This document shows positions 8,018 to 16,822 of a DNA stretch of 27,463 nucleotides, piece after piece. The DNA is taken from assembly GCA_028289805.1 (NCBI GenBank), contig JANQNI010000073.1, positions 1 to 27,463 on the forward strand, written 5' to 3'. The notes beneath the pieces are model-generated. The model worked only from the letters and a program-made list of their open reading frames with translations. It ran no database searches and had not been told where the DNA came from. Made by a program: the position numbers and the translations under genes. Numbering within the stretch: position 1 is the stretch's first letter; each line of letters begins with the position of its first letter. The DNA is from Thermoplasmatota archaeon. GTDB lineage: Archaea > Thermoplasmatota > E2 > JACPAO01 > JAHFTW01.

Positions 8018-8392
8018 ATGGTCTCCGTCGCTTCGGAATACGTCCCCTTGGCCATCTTGGGCGGGGTCTCCCTCCTGTTGGTCTTCGTCACGCTGCTGGG
8101 GAACCGCTTCATGGGTCCTCGCCGCGCCAGCGTCACCAAACTCACCAACTACGAGTGCGGTGAGAAGGCCACGCCTGGCGCCCGGGGCCCCATCGATGTC
8201 CAGTACTACATGTACATCCTGACGTTCCTCATCTTCGACGTCGAGGTGATGTTCCTGATCCCCTTCGCCATCAAGTTCCAGCACCTCGGTGTGGGCCCCA
8301 TCCTCGCCATCGCGTTCTTCGTGACGCTCATCCTGGTGGGCTACCTGTACGAGATCCGCAAGAAGCTCCTGAACTGGAGGTCCCTCGAATGA
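8018..8392 (+). CDS. nuoA: NADH-quinone oxidoreductase subunit A
   Basis: [11 protein letters not shown]..., [44 protein letters not shown] overlap with nuoB. Confidence 0.93.
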   Translation: MVSVASEYVPLAILGGVSLLLVFVTLLGNRFMGPRRASVTKLTNYECGEKATPGARGPIDVQYYMYILTFLIFDVEVMFLIPFAIKFQHLGVGPILAIAFFVTLILVGYLYEIRKKLLNWRSLE

Positions 8393-8976
8393 GCGACGAA
8401 CCGACCCCCGCCACCACCGTGGAGCAGGCGGACGCCGACATCCCGGAGTACGACCCCGAAGCGCACGCGGACGTGCCCAAGATCCCCATCGTCGTGGAGG
8501 AGCAGCAGGAGGGCATCGTCCTGACGGTCCTCTCCAAGGCCATCAACTGGGGCCGCAGCAACAGCCTCTGGCCCTTCGGCTTCGGCCTGGCCTGCTGCGC
8601 CATCGAGATGATCTCCACGGTGGCAACCCCCAACCACGACATGAGCCGCTTCGGCAGCGAGGTCATGCGCGCCTCGCCCCGGCAGTGCGACCTCATCATC
8701 GTCCCCGGCACCGTCACCAAGAAGATGGCGCCCCGCATCAAGAACCTCTGGGAGCAGATGGCGGAGCCGAAGTACGCCATCGCCATGGGTGCCTGCGCCA
8801 TCAACGGCGGCCCCTACCAGGACTCCTACTTCGTCGTCAAGGGCGTGGACAAGATCATCCCCGTCGACGTCTACATCCCCGGCTGCCCGCCGCGGCCCGA
8901 GGCGCTGCTGGACGGCCTCCAGAAGCTGCAGCAGAAGATCCGCGACCAGAACGACACCCTGGAGTTGGGCTTTTGA
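8389..8976 (+). CDS. nuoB: NADH-quinone oxidoreductase subunit B
   Basis: [47 protein letters not shown] (cluster N2 ligands). Confidence 0.97.
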   Translation: MSDEPTPATTVEQADADIPEYDPEAHADVPKIPIVVEEQQEGIVLTVLSKAINWGRSNSLWPFGFGLACCAIEMISTVATPNHDMSRFGSEVMRASPRQCDLIIVPGTVTKKMAPRIKNLWEQMAEPKYAIAMGACAINGGPYQDSYFVVKGVDKIIPVDVYIPGCPPRPEALLDGLQKLQQKIRDQNDTLELGF

Positions 8977-9524
8977 GCGACGCTGAAGCCACGCTGGCAC
9001 CCACCGGCGACCACGCCGTCCTCGCCGAGGCGTGCCCCGACGAGGTCACCGGCTACGCCCAGACCGAGGACGGTCACGGCATCACCGAGGTCCGCCCAGA
9101 CGGCCTGTTCACCGTCGCCCGGCACGTGAAGAAGCTGGGCTACCGCATCCTGAGTTGCCTGTCCGCCTACGACACCAAGAAGATGGGCAGCGGCGTCTTC
9201 TACGCCTTCGTCAAGCCCGCCGCCTACCCCGAGGAGTTCGGGGACCTGCGGCTTCGCGTCCCCCTCACCTTCGAGGAAGAGGGCAAGGAGGTGCAGGTGC
9301 AGAGCCTCTGCGACGTCTTCCCGGCCGCCGGCTGGCACGAGCGCGAGATGTACGACATGTACGGCGTCCGGTTCGAGGGCAACCCCGACCCGCGCCGCAT
9401 CTTCCTGCCCGACGACTGGAAGGGCTTCCCCATGAGGTTGGACGACAAGCAGCCCGAGCAGTTCGTCGCCATGCGCGACGGCGAGGACGTGACCGTGCAG
9501 ACCCAAGAGGAGGGGTCGTGGTGA
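8973..9524 (+). CDS. nuoC: NADH-quinone oxidoreductase subunit C
   Basis: [43 protein letters not shown]. Start at TTG 8973, overlapping the nuoB stop (TTGA), with GGAG upstream. Confidence 0.92.
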   Translation: MSDAEATLAPTGDHAVLAEACPDEVTGYAQTEDGHGITEVRPDGLFTVARHVKKLGYRILSCLSAYDTKKMGSGVFYAFVKPAAYPEEFGDLRLRVPLTFEEEGKEVQVQSLCDVFPAAGWHEREMYDMYGVRFEGNPDPRRIFLPDDWKGFPMRLDDKQPEQFVAMRDGEDVTVQTQEEGSW

Positions 9525-9594
9525 GCGCAGCGAACCACGGCCTGGATTCCTGCATGAGCGGGAGCGAAATGCTGGAGGAGGGGTCCTGGTGAGC
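9507..9594 (+). repeat. Intercistronic element 1: 20-bp direct repeat (68-bp period) enclosing a 23-aa mini-ORF at 9521-9592
   Basis: GAGGAGGGGTC(G/C)TGGTGAGC at 9507-9526 and 9575-9594. Mini-[26 protein letters not shown] has GTGA overlaps with both nuoC and nuoD. Confidence 0.8.
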
Positions 9595-10797
9595 ATCGAC
9601 TACGCCGCCGCCGTCCCCCCCACCTACGACGCCCCCAGCGTCGTCGGGATGCACAAGGTCGACGACCGGCACCTGATGGAGCTCAACATGGGCCCCCAGC
9701 ACCCGTCGACCCACGGCGTGCTGCGCCTGAAGCTCCTGCTCGACGGCGAGATCGTCGAGAGCGTCGAGCCCATCATCGGCTACCTGCACCGCGGCAGCGA
9801 GAAGCTGGCCGAGGGCATGAACTGGACCAAGTTCATCCCGCTGACGGACCGCATGGACTACCTCTCGGCCATGAACAACAACCACGGCTACGTCCTGGCC
9901 GTGGAGGAACTCCTGGGCGGACCGGACGCGGGCGTCGTCTCCGAGCGCGGCGAACACCTGCGCGTCTTCGCCGCCGAGATGAGCCGCCTGGCCAGCCACC
10001 TCCTGTGGATGGGCACCTTCTTCATGGACCTGGGCGCCATCACGCCCATCTTCTACGCCCTGCGGGAGCGCGAGACGGTCCTCGGGTTCCTGGAGGAGCT
10101 GTGCGGCGCCCGGCTGACCTTCAACTACATGCGCATCGGGGGCGTCAAGTACGACCTGCCCGACGACCCCACGTACCTGCCCCGCGTGCGGGAGTTCATC
10201 AGCAACTTCCCGGCGCAGGTGGACGAGTTCGAGCGCCTGCTGAAGCAGAACGACATCATCGTCGCCCGCCTCAACGGCACCGGCCCCCTGAGCCGCCAGG
10301 ACGCCCTCGACTGGGGCGTCACCGGCCCCATGCTGCGCGCCACCGGCATCGCCCACGACCTGCGCAAGGTGTCCCCCTACAGCATCTACCCCAGCCTCGA
10401 CTTCGACGTGCCCACCACGACCCAGAGTGACTGCTACGGTCGCCTCATGGTCCGCTGGGCCGAGATGGTCCAGACCTGCCGCATCCTGGAGCAGGTCATC
10501 GACCGCCTCATGAACAAGCAGCTCGACGGCCTGCACCTCAACCCCGCCTACGCCGGCGGCAAGATGCTGCGCATCAAGGCCAAGGGCGAGGCCTACGCCC
10601 GCATCGAGCAGCCCAAGGGCGAGTACGGCGTCCACGTCATCGGCGACGGTGGCCTCAAGCCGGCCCGCGTGCACGTGCGCGCGCCCAGCTTCGCCAATTT
10701 GCAGGTCCTTCCCCTGATGGCGCGCGGCCAGAAAATCGCCGACTTGATCGCCAGCCTGGGAAGCATCGACATCGTCCTGGGGGACGTGGACCGCTAG
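9589..10797 (+). CDS. nuoD: NADH-quinone oxidoreductase subunit D
   Basis: LNMGPQHPSTHGVLRL, IGYLHRGSEK, DRMDYLS, RLASHLLW, GPMLRATG, ASLGSIDIVLGDVDR. Confidence 0.97.
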   Translation: MSIDYAAAVPPTYDAPSVVGMHKVDDRHLMELNMGPQHPSTHGVLRLKLLLDGEIVESVEPIIGYLHRGSEKLAEGMNWTKFIPLTDRMDYLSAMNNNHGYVLAVEELLGGPDAGVVSERGEHLRVFAAEMSRLASHLLWMGTFFMDLGAITPIFYALRERETVLGFLEELCGARLTFNYMRIGGVKYDLPDDPTYLPRVREFISNFPAQVDEFERLLKQNDIIVARLNGTGPLSRQDALDWGVTGPMLRATGIAHDLRKVSPYSIYPSLDFDVPTTTQSDCYGRLMVRWAEMVQTCRILEQVIDRLMNKQLDGLHLNPAYAGGKMLRIKAKGEAYARIEQPKGEYGVHVIGDGGLKPARVHVRAPSFANLQVLPLMARGQKIADLIASLGSIDIVLGDVDR

Positions 10798-10813
10798 GAG
10801 ACAGGAGGATTCC

Positions 10814-11866
10814 ATGGCTACACTCACCGACTTCTTCGACTCCGTCCTGCCCGGCACCCCCGGCTGGGTCGACAGCACCGTCGCCGCCCTCGTGGGCAGC
10901 CTCATCGTCTTCACGGTCGTGCTGTCCATCGGCGGCCTGTTCACCTTCGCCTTCCGGCGCATCTTCGCCCGCATGGGCCGCCGCCAGGGCCCCAACCGCG
11001 TCGGCCCCGCCGGCATCCTCCAGTTCGTCGCCGACGGCATCAAGCTGATCTCCAAGGAGGACATCCGGCCCGCCAAGGCCGACCGCCTCGCCTGGGGCCT
11101 CGCCGTCTACGTTGCCGTCACCTTCACGGTCCTCGCCTGGGCGCCCCTGCCCTGGAGCGACCAGATCTTCTTCAGCAACGTCGGCACCGGCGTCCTGTTC
11201 ATCCTCGCCGCCAGCGCCATCGCTCCCCTTGCGGAGATGATGGCCGGCTGGGGCAGCAACAACAAGTACAGCCTCTTCGGCGGCGTGCGCGCCGCGGCCC
11301 TGGACGTCAGCTACGAGATTCCGCTCATCTTCGCCGTGGCCAGCGTCATCCTGATGGTCGGCACCCTGGACACCCAGAGCATCGTCACCTCGCAGGCGGG
11401 CCTCTGGTTCATCGTGCCCCAGATCGTCGGCTTCGTCATCTTCTTCATCACCGGCCTGGCCAAGGCCGGCCTGGTCCCCACCGACCTGGCCGAGTCCGAG
11501 TCGGAACTGGTGGCCGGCTTCACGACGGAGTACTCCGGCATGCGCTTCGGGTTCTTCTTCGTCGTCATCTTCAGCAACGTCTTCTTCCTCGCCGCCCTGA
11601 TTACCATGCTGTACCTGGGCGGCTGGCAGGCACCCTTCGGCACGCTCGTCCCCGTCCTCCAGGGCTTCCTGGGGCCGTTCACGGGCGTCTTCTGGTTCCT
11701 GACCAAGGCGCTGCTGATGTGCTTCGTCATCTTCTGGATCTGGACCACGCTCCCGCGGGTCCGGGTGGACACCTACCTCAACGTCGCGTGGAAAGTCATG
11801 CTCCCCATCAGCATCCTGAACTTCGTTGGCACCGCCGTCCTCGTCAAGCTGGGGGTGGTGGGCTGA
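10814..11866 (+). CDS. nuoH: NADH-quinone oxidoreductase subunit H
   Basis: RRIFARMGRRQGPNRVGP.G.LQ..ADGIKL..KE, SYEIP, DLAESESELVAGFTTEYSG, PRVRVD. SD GGAGGA upstream. Confidence 0.96.
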   Translation: MATLTDFFDSVLPGTPGWVDSTVAALVGSLIVFTVVLSIGGLFTFAFRRIFARMGRRQGPNRVGPAGILQFVADGIKLISKEDIRPAKADRLAWGLAVYVAVTFTVLAWAPLPWSDQIFFSNVGTGVLFILAASAIAPLAEMMAGWGSNNKYSLFGGVRAAALDVSYEIPLIFAVASVILMVGTLDTQSIVTSQAGLWFIVPQIVGFVIFFITGLAKAGLVPTDLAESESELVAGFTTEYSGMRFGFFFVVIFSNVFFLAALITMLYLGGWQAPFGTLVPVLQGFLGPFTGVFWFLTKALLMCFVIFWIWTTLPRVRVDTYLNVAWKVMLPISILNFVGTAVLVKLGVVG

Positions 11867-12294
11867 TGAAGGTCCCCATCGCACCCATCCTGCAAGGCAT
11901 GGGCGTCACCCTCAGCAACTTCGTCAAGAAGCCGGTGACGGTCGCCTACCCCGAGCAGAAGCAACCGGTGGCCGACCGCTTCCGCGGCCGCATCTACCTC
12001 AAGCTGGAGACCTGCATCGGCTGCACCCTCTGCGCCCAGGCCTGCCCCAACGGCTCGTGCTACATGGTCGACTACGACCCCGGCTTCGAGACGCCGCAGA
12101 ACAAGCGCCAGAAATTCCCCGCCGTCGAGATCAGCAAGTGCATGTACTGCTCGCTGTGCGAGGAGGCGTGCCCCACCGACAGCATCCGCATGGGCAAGGA
12201 GTACGAGACCGGCGCCTACGTCCGGGACTTCGACTACAAGCCCGACCGCCTGAGCCAGAACGAGGCCGCACTCGGAAGGGGGCCGTACAAGTGA
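11866..12294 (+). CDS. nuoI: NADH-quinone oxidoreductase subunit I (2x[4Fe-4S])
   Basis: TVAYPEQK...RFRGRI, CIGCTLCAQACP and CMYCSLCEEACP. TGATG overlap with nuoH. Confidence 0.96.
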   Translation: MKVPIAPILQGMGVTLSNFVKKPVTVAYPEQKQPVADRFRGRIYLKLETCIGCTLCAQACPNGSCYMVDYDPGFETPQNKRQKFPAVEISKCMYCSLCEEACPTDSIRMGKEYETGAYVRDFDYKPDRLSQNEAALGRGPYK

Positions 12295-12554
12295 TCGGAG
12301 ACCAGATCGCCTTCGCCATCATCTCGTTGATGATCCTCGCCGGCGGCCTGTTCGCCGTCACCGCCAAGCGCACCTTCCACAGCGCCATGGGCCTCGGCCT
12401 CGCCCTCGTGGGCGTCGCCGCCGTGTTCATCCAGCTGGGCAGCCCCCTCGTGGGTGTCCTGCAGGTGCTCGTGTACGTGGGCGGCATCCTGACCCTGTTC
12501 GTCTTCGCCGTGATGTTCGTGGCCGGGGACGAGGAAGACGTGGAGGTGTTCTGA
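12291..12554 (+). CDS. nuoJ: NADH-quinone oxidoreductase subunit J, N-terminal part (J1)
   Basis: FHSAMGLGLAL...LQVLVYVGGILTLFVFAVM. GTG start overlapping the nuoI stop; 87 aa. Confidence 0.9.
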   Translation: MIGDQIAFAIISLMILAGGLFAVTAKRTFHSAMGLGLALVGVAAVFIQLGSPLVGVLQVLVYVGGILTLFVFAVMFVAGDEEDVEVF

Positions 12555-12637
12555 TGAGCGAAACGCGAAGCAGAACGCCTGAGCGAAGCGAGGGACCCTC
12601 CGGGGCTCCCCGAGCCCCGGACGGGGAGGTGTTCTGA
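12542..12637 (+). repeat. Intercistronic element 2: 13-bp direct repeat (83-bp period) enclosing a 27-aa mini-ORF at 12554-12637 and a 10-bp GC hairpin
   Basis: GGAGGTGTTCTGA at 12542-12554 and 12625-12637. Mini-ORF MSETRSRTPERSEGPSGAPRAPDGEVF*. Stem TCCGGGGCTC-CCC-GAGCCCCGGA at 12599-12621. Confidence 0.82.
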
Positions 12638-13006
12638 ATGGACAAGCGCATCGCGGCCGCCGTCGCCTTCGTCGCCTTCGGCACCATCGCCATCGCCGTC
12701 ACCCAGACCGCCCCCTGGTACGAGGAGGGCGTCGGCGGCGCCGAGACCTACGACGCCATCGTCCAGGACCTCTTCACCGACCACGTCATCGCCCTCGAGG
12801 TGCTCGGCGTCCTGCTGACGGCCGCCATGATCGGCGCCCTCGTCGTCGCCCGCCCCCTCACCGGCGGCGCCGACACCGCCAACTACCCCAAGGCGGACGA
12901 CGAGGACCTGGAGAAGGCCCGCGGCGTCAGCGACGTGGCCGCCACCCTGGGCGCGCCCGTGCCCGTCAGCCAACTGCTCCCGCCCGCGGAGGACGAGGAG
13001 GAATAG
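12638..13006 (+). CDS. nuoJ: NADH-quinone oxidoreductase subunit J, C-terminal part (J2)
   Basis: LFTDHVIALEVLGVLLTAAMIGALVVAR matches the NuoJ C-terminal LF..Y...FE...LLL.AMIGA motif. SD GGAGGTG upstream. Confidence 0.88.
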   Translation: MDKRIAAAVAFVAFGTIAIAVTQTAPWYEEGVGGAETYDAIVQDLFTDHVIALEVLGVLLTAAMIGALVVARPLTGGADTANYPKADDEDLEKARGVSDVAATLGAPVPVSQLLPPAEDEEE

Positions 13007-13008
13007 CC

Positions 13009-13311
13009 ATGCTCCCGGTAAGCTACTACGTCATGCTCGCGGGCGCCCTGTTCGCCCTCGGCCTCTACGGCCTCCTGACCCAGCGCAGCGCGCTGCGGCT
13101 CCTGATCAGCGTCGAACTGATCCTGAACGCCGCGAACATCAACTTCGTTGCCTTCGCCAACCACCTCGGCCAGAGCGACGGCCTGGCGTTCACCCTGTTC
13201 GTGATCGCCTTGGCCGCCGCCGAGGCCGCCGTCGGCCTGGGCATCTTCCTGCACCTGTACCGCCACGTCCGCACCGTGGACGTCGAGAAGACCGCGGCCC
13301 TGAGGTGGTAA
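13009..13311 (+). CDS. nuoK: NADH-quinone oxidoreductase subunit K
   Basis: LISVELILNAANINFV, ALAAAEAAVGLGI. Confidence 0.96.
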   Translation: MLPVSYYVMLAGALFALGLYGLLTQRSALRLLISVELILNAANINFVAFANHLGQSDGLAFTLFVIALAAAEAAVGLGIFLHLYRHVRTVDVEKTAALRW

Positions 13312-13312
13312 C

Positions 13313-15316
13313 TTGGCCGAAACGCACGCAACCGGACTCGAACAGCTTGCCGGCGTCGACCTCGCCGCCGCCATCCTCATCGTCGCCCTGCCCCTGGTCG
13401 CCAGCCTCGGCATCTTCCTCTGGGGCAAGACCAAGTGGCGCGGCGGCGGCGCCGTCGCCGTGGCCGCCACGGGCGCCGCCATCGTGCCCGCCCTGTGGTT
13501 CTTCGTCCGCATGCTCCAGGGTGGTGCGCCCACCGGCTGGAGCATCGAGTGGTTCACCGTCGGCGAGTACACCTTCACCGTCGGCTTCCTGCTGGACAAC
13601 CTCAGCGTCTGGCTCACCACCCTCGTGACGGTGCTGGTCTTCCTCATCACGCTCTTCTCGACGCACTACATGCACGAGGAGCCCAACGAGAAGCTGCGCC
13701 GGTACTACGCCGCCAAGATGCTCTTCGCCACGGGCATGCTCGGCACGGTGCTGATGGACAACTACCTCCTGATGTTCATCTTCTGGGAGATCATGGGCCT
13801 GTGCTCGTACCTCCTGATCGGGTACTGGTACCACAAGGACAGCGCCGCCACCGCCGCCAAGAAGGCGTTCCTGACCACGCGCCTGGGCGACATCCTGCTG
13901 ATGGTGGGCATCATCATCCTGCTGGTGACCTTCAAGACGCTCAGCTACCGCGAGATCTGGCACCACCCCGAGTTCACCGCCGACAACCCGGCGCTGTTCT
14001 GGGCCGCCCTGCTGATCTTCGGCGGCGCCGTGGGCAAGAGCGCCCAGTTCCCCCTGGACATCTGGCTGCCCGACGCCATGGAGGGCCCCACCACCGTCTC
14101 GGCGCTCATCCACGCCGCGACGATGGTCAAGGCCGGCGTGTTCCTGGTGGCGCGCAGTTTCCCGCTGTTCGTCCTCAACCCGGACACCTTCCTCGTCGTG
14201 GGCATCATCGGCGGCGTCACCGCGCTCTACACCGCCAGCATGGCGCTGGTGGCCCTGGACATCAAGCGCGTCCTGGCGTTCTCCACGCTCTCGCAGTTGG
14301 GCTACATGTTCCTGGCCCTGGGCGCCGGCGGCATCGTCTACGTCCAGGCCCAGAACGGCATCGGATTCACCGCCGCCATGCTGCACCTGATGAACCACGC
14401 CTTCTTCAAGGCCCTCCTGTTCCTTGGAAGCGCGTCGGTCATCCTCGGCATGCACCACCACCAGGACCTGCGCGAGATGGGCGGCCTGCGCCACAAGATG
14501 CCCAAGACGTACTGGACCATGATGGTCGGCACCCTCGCCATCGCCGGCATCATCCCCTTCAGCGGCTTCTGGTCCAAGGACGAGGTGCTCGCCACCGCCT
14601 TCAAGGCCGGCAGCTACGCGGGCGTCTTCACCCTCCTGTGGGTCATGGGCCTCCTGACGGCCCTGATGACGGCGTTCTACATGTTCCGCATGATGTACCT
14701 CGCCTTCCACGGCGAGGCGCGCACCAAGCACGCGGAGCACGCCCACGAGAGCCCCGGCGTCATGACCGGCCCCCTCGTCGTGCTGGCCGTCTTCGCCGCC
14801 GTCGCCGGCCTCTGGCTCGTCACGCCCATGGCCGGCGGCTTCGAGGCCGTCATCACCTACCCGTACAGCGAGGACCTGGGCCACCCCCACCACGAGGAGC
14901 CCTTCGCGCTGCTGGTGAAGATCCTCACCGAGCCCAAGACGTACCTCAGCCTCGGCGTCGCCGTCGCCGGCATCGCCCTGGCCAACAAGTACCGCAAGGG
15001 CCTGCCCGCCAAGGAGGCCGAGGAACCCACCAGCGGCTTCCGCGGCCTGCTCTACAACCGCTACCACGTCACCCGGGCCGTCTACGAGCCCCTGGGCAAC
15101 GTCGTCGGCGTGGGCCTCGCCAAGCTCAGCGACCTCTTCGACCGCAAGGCCATCGACGGCGCCGTCAACGGCGTCGCCCGCGTCACCTGGTGGAAGGGCG
15201 GCTGGCTCCGCCGCTGGCAGGACGGCCGCGTCACCACCTACGTCGCCACGCTCGTCGTGGGCCTCACCCTGCTCTTCGCCCTCATGACCGCCCTCGTCCC
15301 CTCCATCCGGTGGTGA
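13313..15316 (+). CDS. nuoL: NADH-quinone oxidoreductase subunit L
   Basis: FWEIMGLCSYLLIGYW, KKAFLTTRLGD, GKSAQFPL..WLPDAMEGPTTVSALIHAATMVKAG, HAFFKALLFL. TTG start with SD GAGGTG. Confidence 0.96.
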   Translation: MAETHATGLEQLAGVDLAAAILIVALPLVASLGIFLWGKTKWRGGGAVAVAATGAAIVPALWFFVRMLQGGAPTGWSIEWFTVGEYTFTVGFLLDNLSVWLTTLVTVLVFLITLFSTHYMHEEPNEKLRRYYAAKMLFATGMLGTVLMDNYLLMFIFWEIMGLCSYLLIGYWYHKDSAATAAKKAFLTTRLGDILLMVGIIILLVTFKTLSYREIWHHPEFTADNPALFWAALLIFGGAVGKSAQFPLDIWLPDAMEGPTTVSALIHAATMVKAGVFLVARSFPLFVLNPDTFLVVGIIGGVTALYTASMALVALDIKRVLAFSTLSQLGYMFLALGAGGIVYVQAQNGIGFTAAMLHLMNHAFFKALLFLGSASVILGMHHHQDLREMGGLRHKMPKTYWTMMVGTLAIAGIIPFSGFWSKDEVLATAFKAGSYAGVFTLLWVMGLLTALMTAFYMFRMMYLAFHGEARTKHAEHAHESPGVMTGPLVVLAVFAAVAGLWLVTPMAGGFEAVITYPYSEDLGHPHHEEPFALLVKILTEPKTYLSLGVAVAGIALANKYRKGLPAKEAEEPTSGFRGLLYNRYHVTRAVYEPLGNVVGVGLAKLSDLFDRKAIDGAVNGVARVTWWKGGWLRRWQDGRVTTYVATLVVGLTLLFALMTALVPSIRW

Positions 15317-15321
15317 ACTGA

Positions 15322-16821
15322 ATGGCCACGCTCGAACTCCCCGGACTCATCCCCTACACGCTGCTTGCGACCCTCGTCGCCGGCTTCCTGGCGTGGCGGG
15401 CGCCCAGCGCCAACGCCGCGCGCCGCATCGCCCTGGTCGGCTCCCTGCCCGCCGCCTTCGTCACCACGCTCATGTTCGCCCGCGTCGGCGTCACGAGCGG
15501 CGGCGACTACCAGTTCGTCACCGACTGGACCTGGGTCGAGGGCCTCGGCATCAGCCTCAGCTTCGGCGTCGACGGCCTGTCGGCGTCCCTGGCGTGGCTG
15601 ACGGCCATCCTGACGCCCCTCGTCATCCTCTACTCCTGGAAGGAGAGCCACCGGCCGCAGTTGTTCTTCGGCCTGCTGATGCTCCTGAACACGGCCGTCA
15701 TCGGCGTCTTCACCGCCCTCGACCTGTTCCTGTTCTACATCTTCTGGGAGTTCGTCCTGATCCCGATGTACTTCCTCATCGCGATCTGGGGCGGGTCCAA
15801 CCGCCGCTACGCGAGCATGAAGTTCGTCGTCTACACCGGCGGCGCCAGCCTCGTGATGCTGCTCGGGTTCATGGCCGCCTACTTCGGCGCCGGCCTCGGC
15901 ACCTTCCACATCCCGACCCTGACGGCCGTCGGCAGCCAACTCGGCTGGGCCCGCGACTTCGGCATGGTCGTCTTCGGCGTGCTGGCCTTCGGCTTCCTCG
16001 TCAAGCTGCCCGCCGTGCCCTTCCACACCTGGCTCCCCGACGCCCACGTCCAGGCCCCCACGGCCGGCTCCGTGATGCTGGCGGGCGTCCTGCTGAAGAT
16101 GGGCAGCTACGGCCTCATGCGCATCGCCTTCCCGCTGTTTCCTGAGGCGGCCATGGCCTACCAGTGGTTCCTCTTCGTCCTCGGCACGGTGGCGGTGCTC
16201 TACGGTGCCTTCCTGTGCCTCGCCCAGGACGACCTGAAGAGCCTCATCGCGTACTCGTCCGTGTCGCACATGGGCATGATCACCATCGCCCTGGCGACCT
16301 TCAACGACCTCGGCTGGGCCGGCGCCGCCTACATGAACGTCGCCCACGGCATCATCAGCGCGGGCATGTTCATGGCCGCCGGCAGCCTCCAGCACAGCAC
16401 CGGCACCCGCCTCATCAGCCGCCTCGGCGGCGTGGGCGTCAAGACGCCCAAGCTCGCCGCGCTCACCGCCGCGCTCTTCCTGGGGTCCCTGGGCCTGCCC
16501 GGCATGATGGGCTTCATCGCCGAGTTCAACATCTTCGCCGCCGTCTGGGAGGCCTTCGGCTGGTGGATCATGCTGCCCGTCTGGTCGGTGCTGGTCACCG
16601 CCGGGTACTACCTCTGGGCCCTCCAGCGCGCCTACTACGGCAGCGAGCGCCGCCACAGCGAGGTCGACTGGGACCGCATCCACGACGTCACCCCCGAGGA
16701 GCAGGCCCCCATGGTCGCCATGGTGCTCCTGGCCATCCTCTTCGGCGTCCTCCCGGCCCTGCTGCTGGGACAGATGAACGACTGGACCGGAACGGTCCTC
16801 GCCCTCATGGGAGGCAACTAA
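15322..16821 (+). CDS. nuoM: NADH-quinone oxidoreductase subunit M
   Basis: FYIFWEFVLIPMYFLIAIWG, VKLPAVPFHTWLPDAHVQAPTAGS..LAGVLLKMG, IAYSSVSHMG. Confidence 0.96.
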   Translation: MATLELPGLIPYTLLATLVAGFLAWRAPSANAARRIALVGSLPAAFVTTLMFARVGVTSGGDYQFVTDWTWVEGLGISLSFGVDGLSASLAWLTAILTPLVILYSWKESHRPQLFFGLLMLLNTAVIGVFTALDLFLFYIFWEFVLIPMYFLIAIWGGSNRRYASMKFVVYTGGASLVMLLGFMAAYFGAGLGTFHIPTLTAVGSQLGWARDFGMVVFGVLAFGFLVKLPAVPFHTWLPDAHVQAPTAGSVMLAGVLLKMGSYGLMRIAFPLFPEAAMAYQWFLFVLGTVAVLYGAFLCLAQDDLKSLIAYSSVSHMGMITIALATFNDLGWAGAAYMNVAHGIISAGMFMAAGSLQHSTGTRLISRLGGVGVKTPKLAALTAALFLGSLGLPGMMGFIAEFNIFAAVWEAFGWWIMLPVWSVLVTAGYYLWALQRAYYGSERRHSEVDWDRIHDVTPEEQAPMVAMVLLAILFGVLPALLLGQMNDWTGTVLALMGGN

Positions 16822-16822
16822 C

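Noticed and set aside
12291-13006. nuoJ as a pseudogene disrupted by the inserted element
   Set aside because: Both halves are intact, J2 has its own SD and ATG, and split J1/J2 genes are known in archaeal Nuo/Fpo operons.
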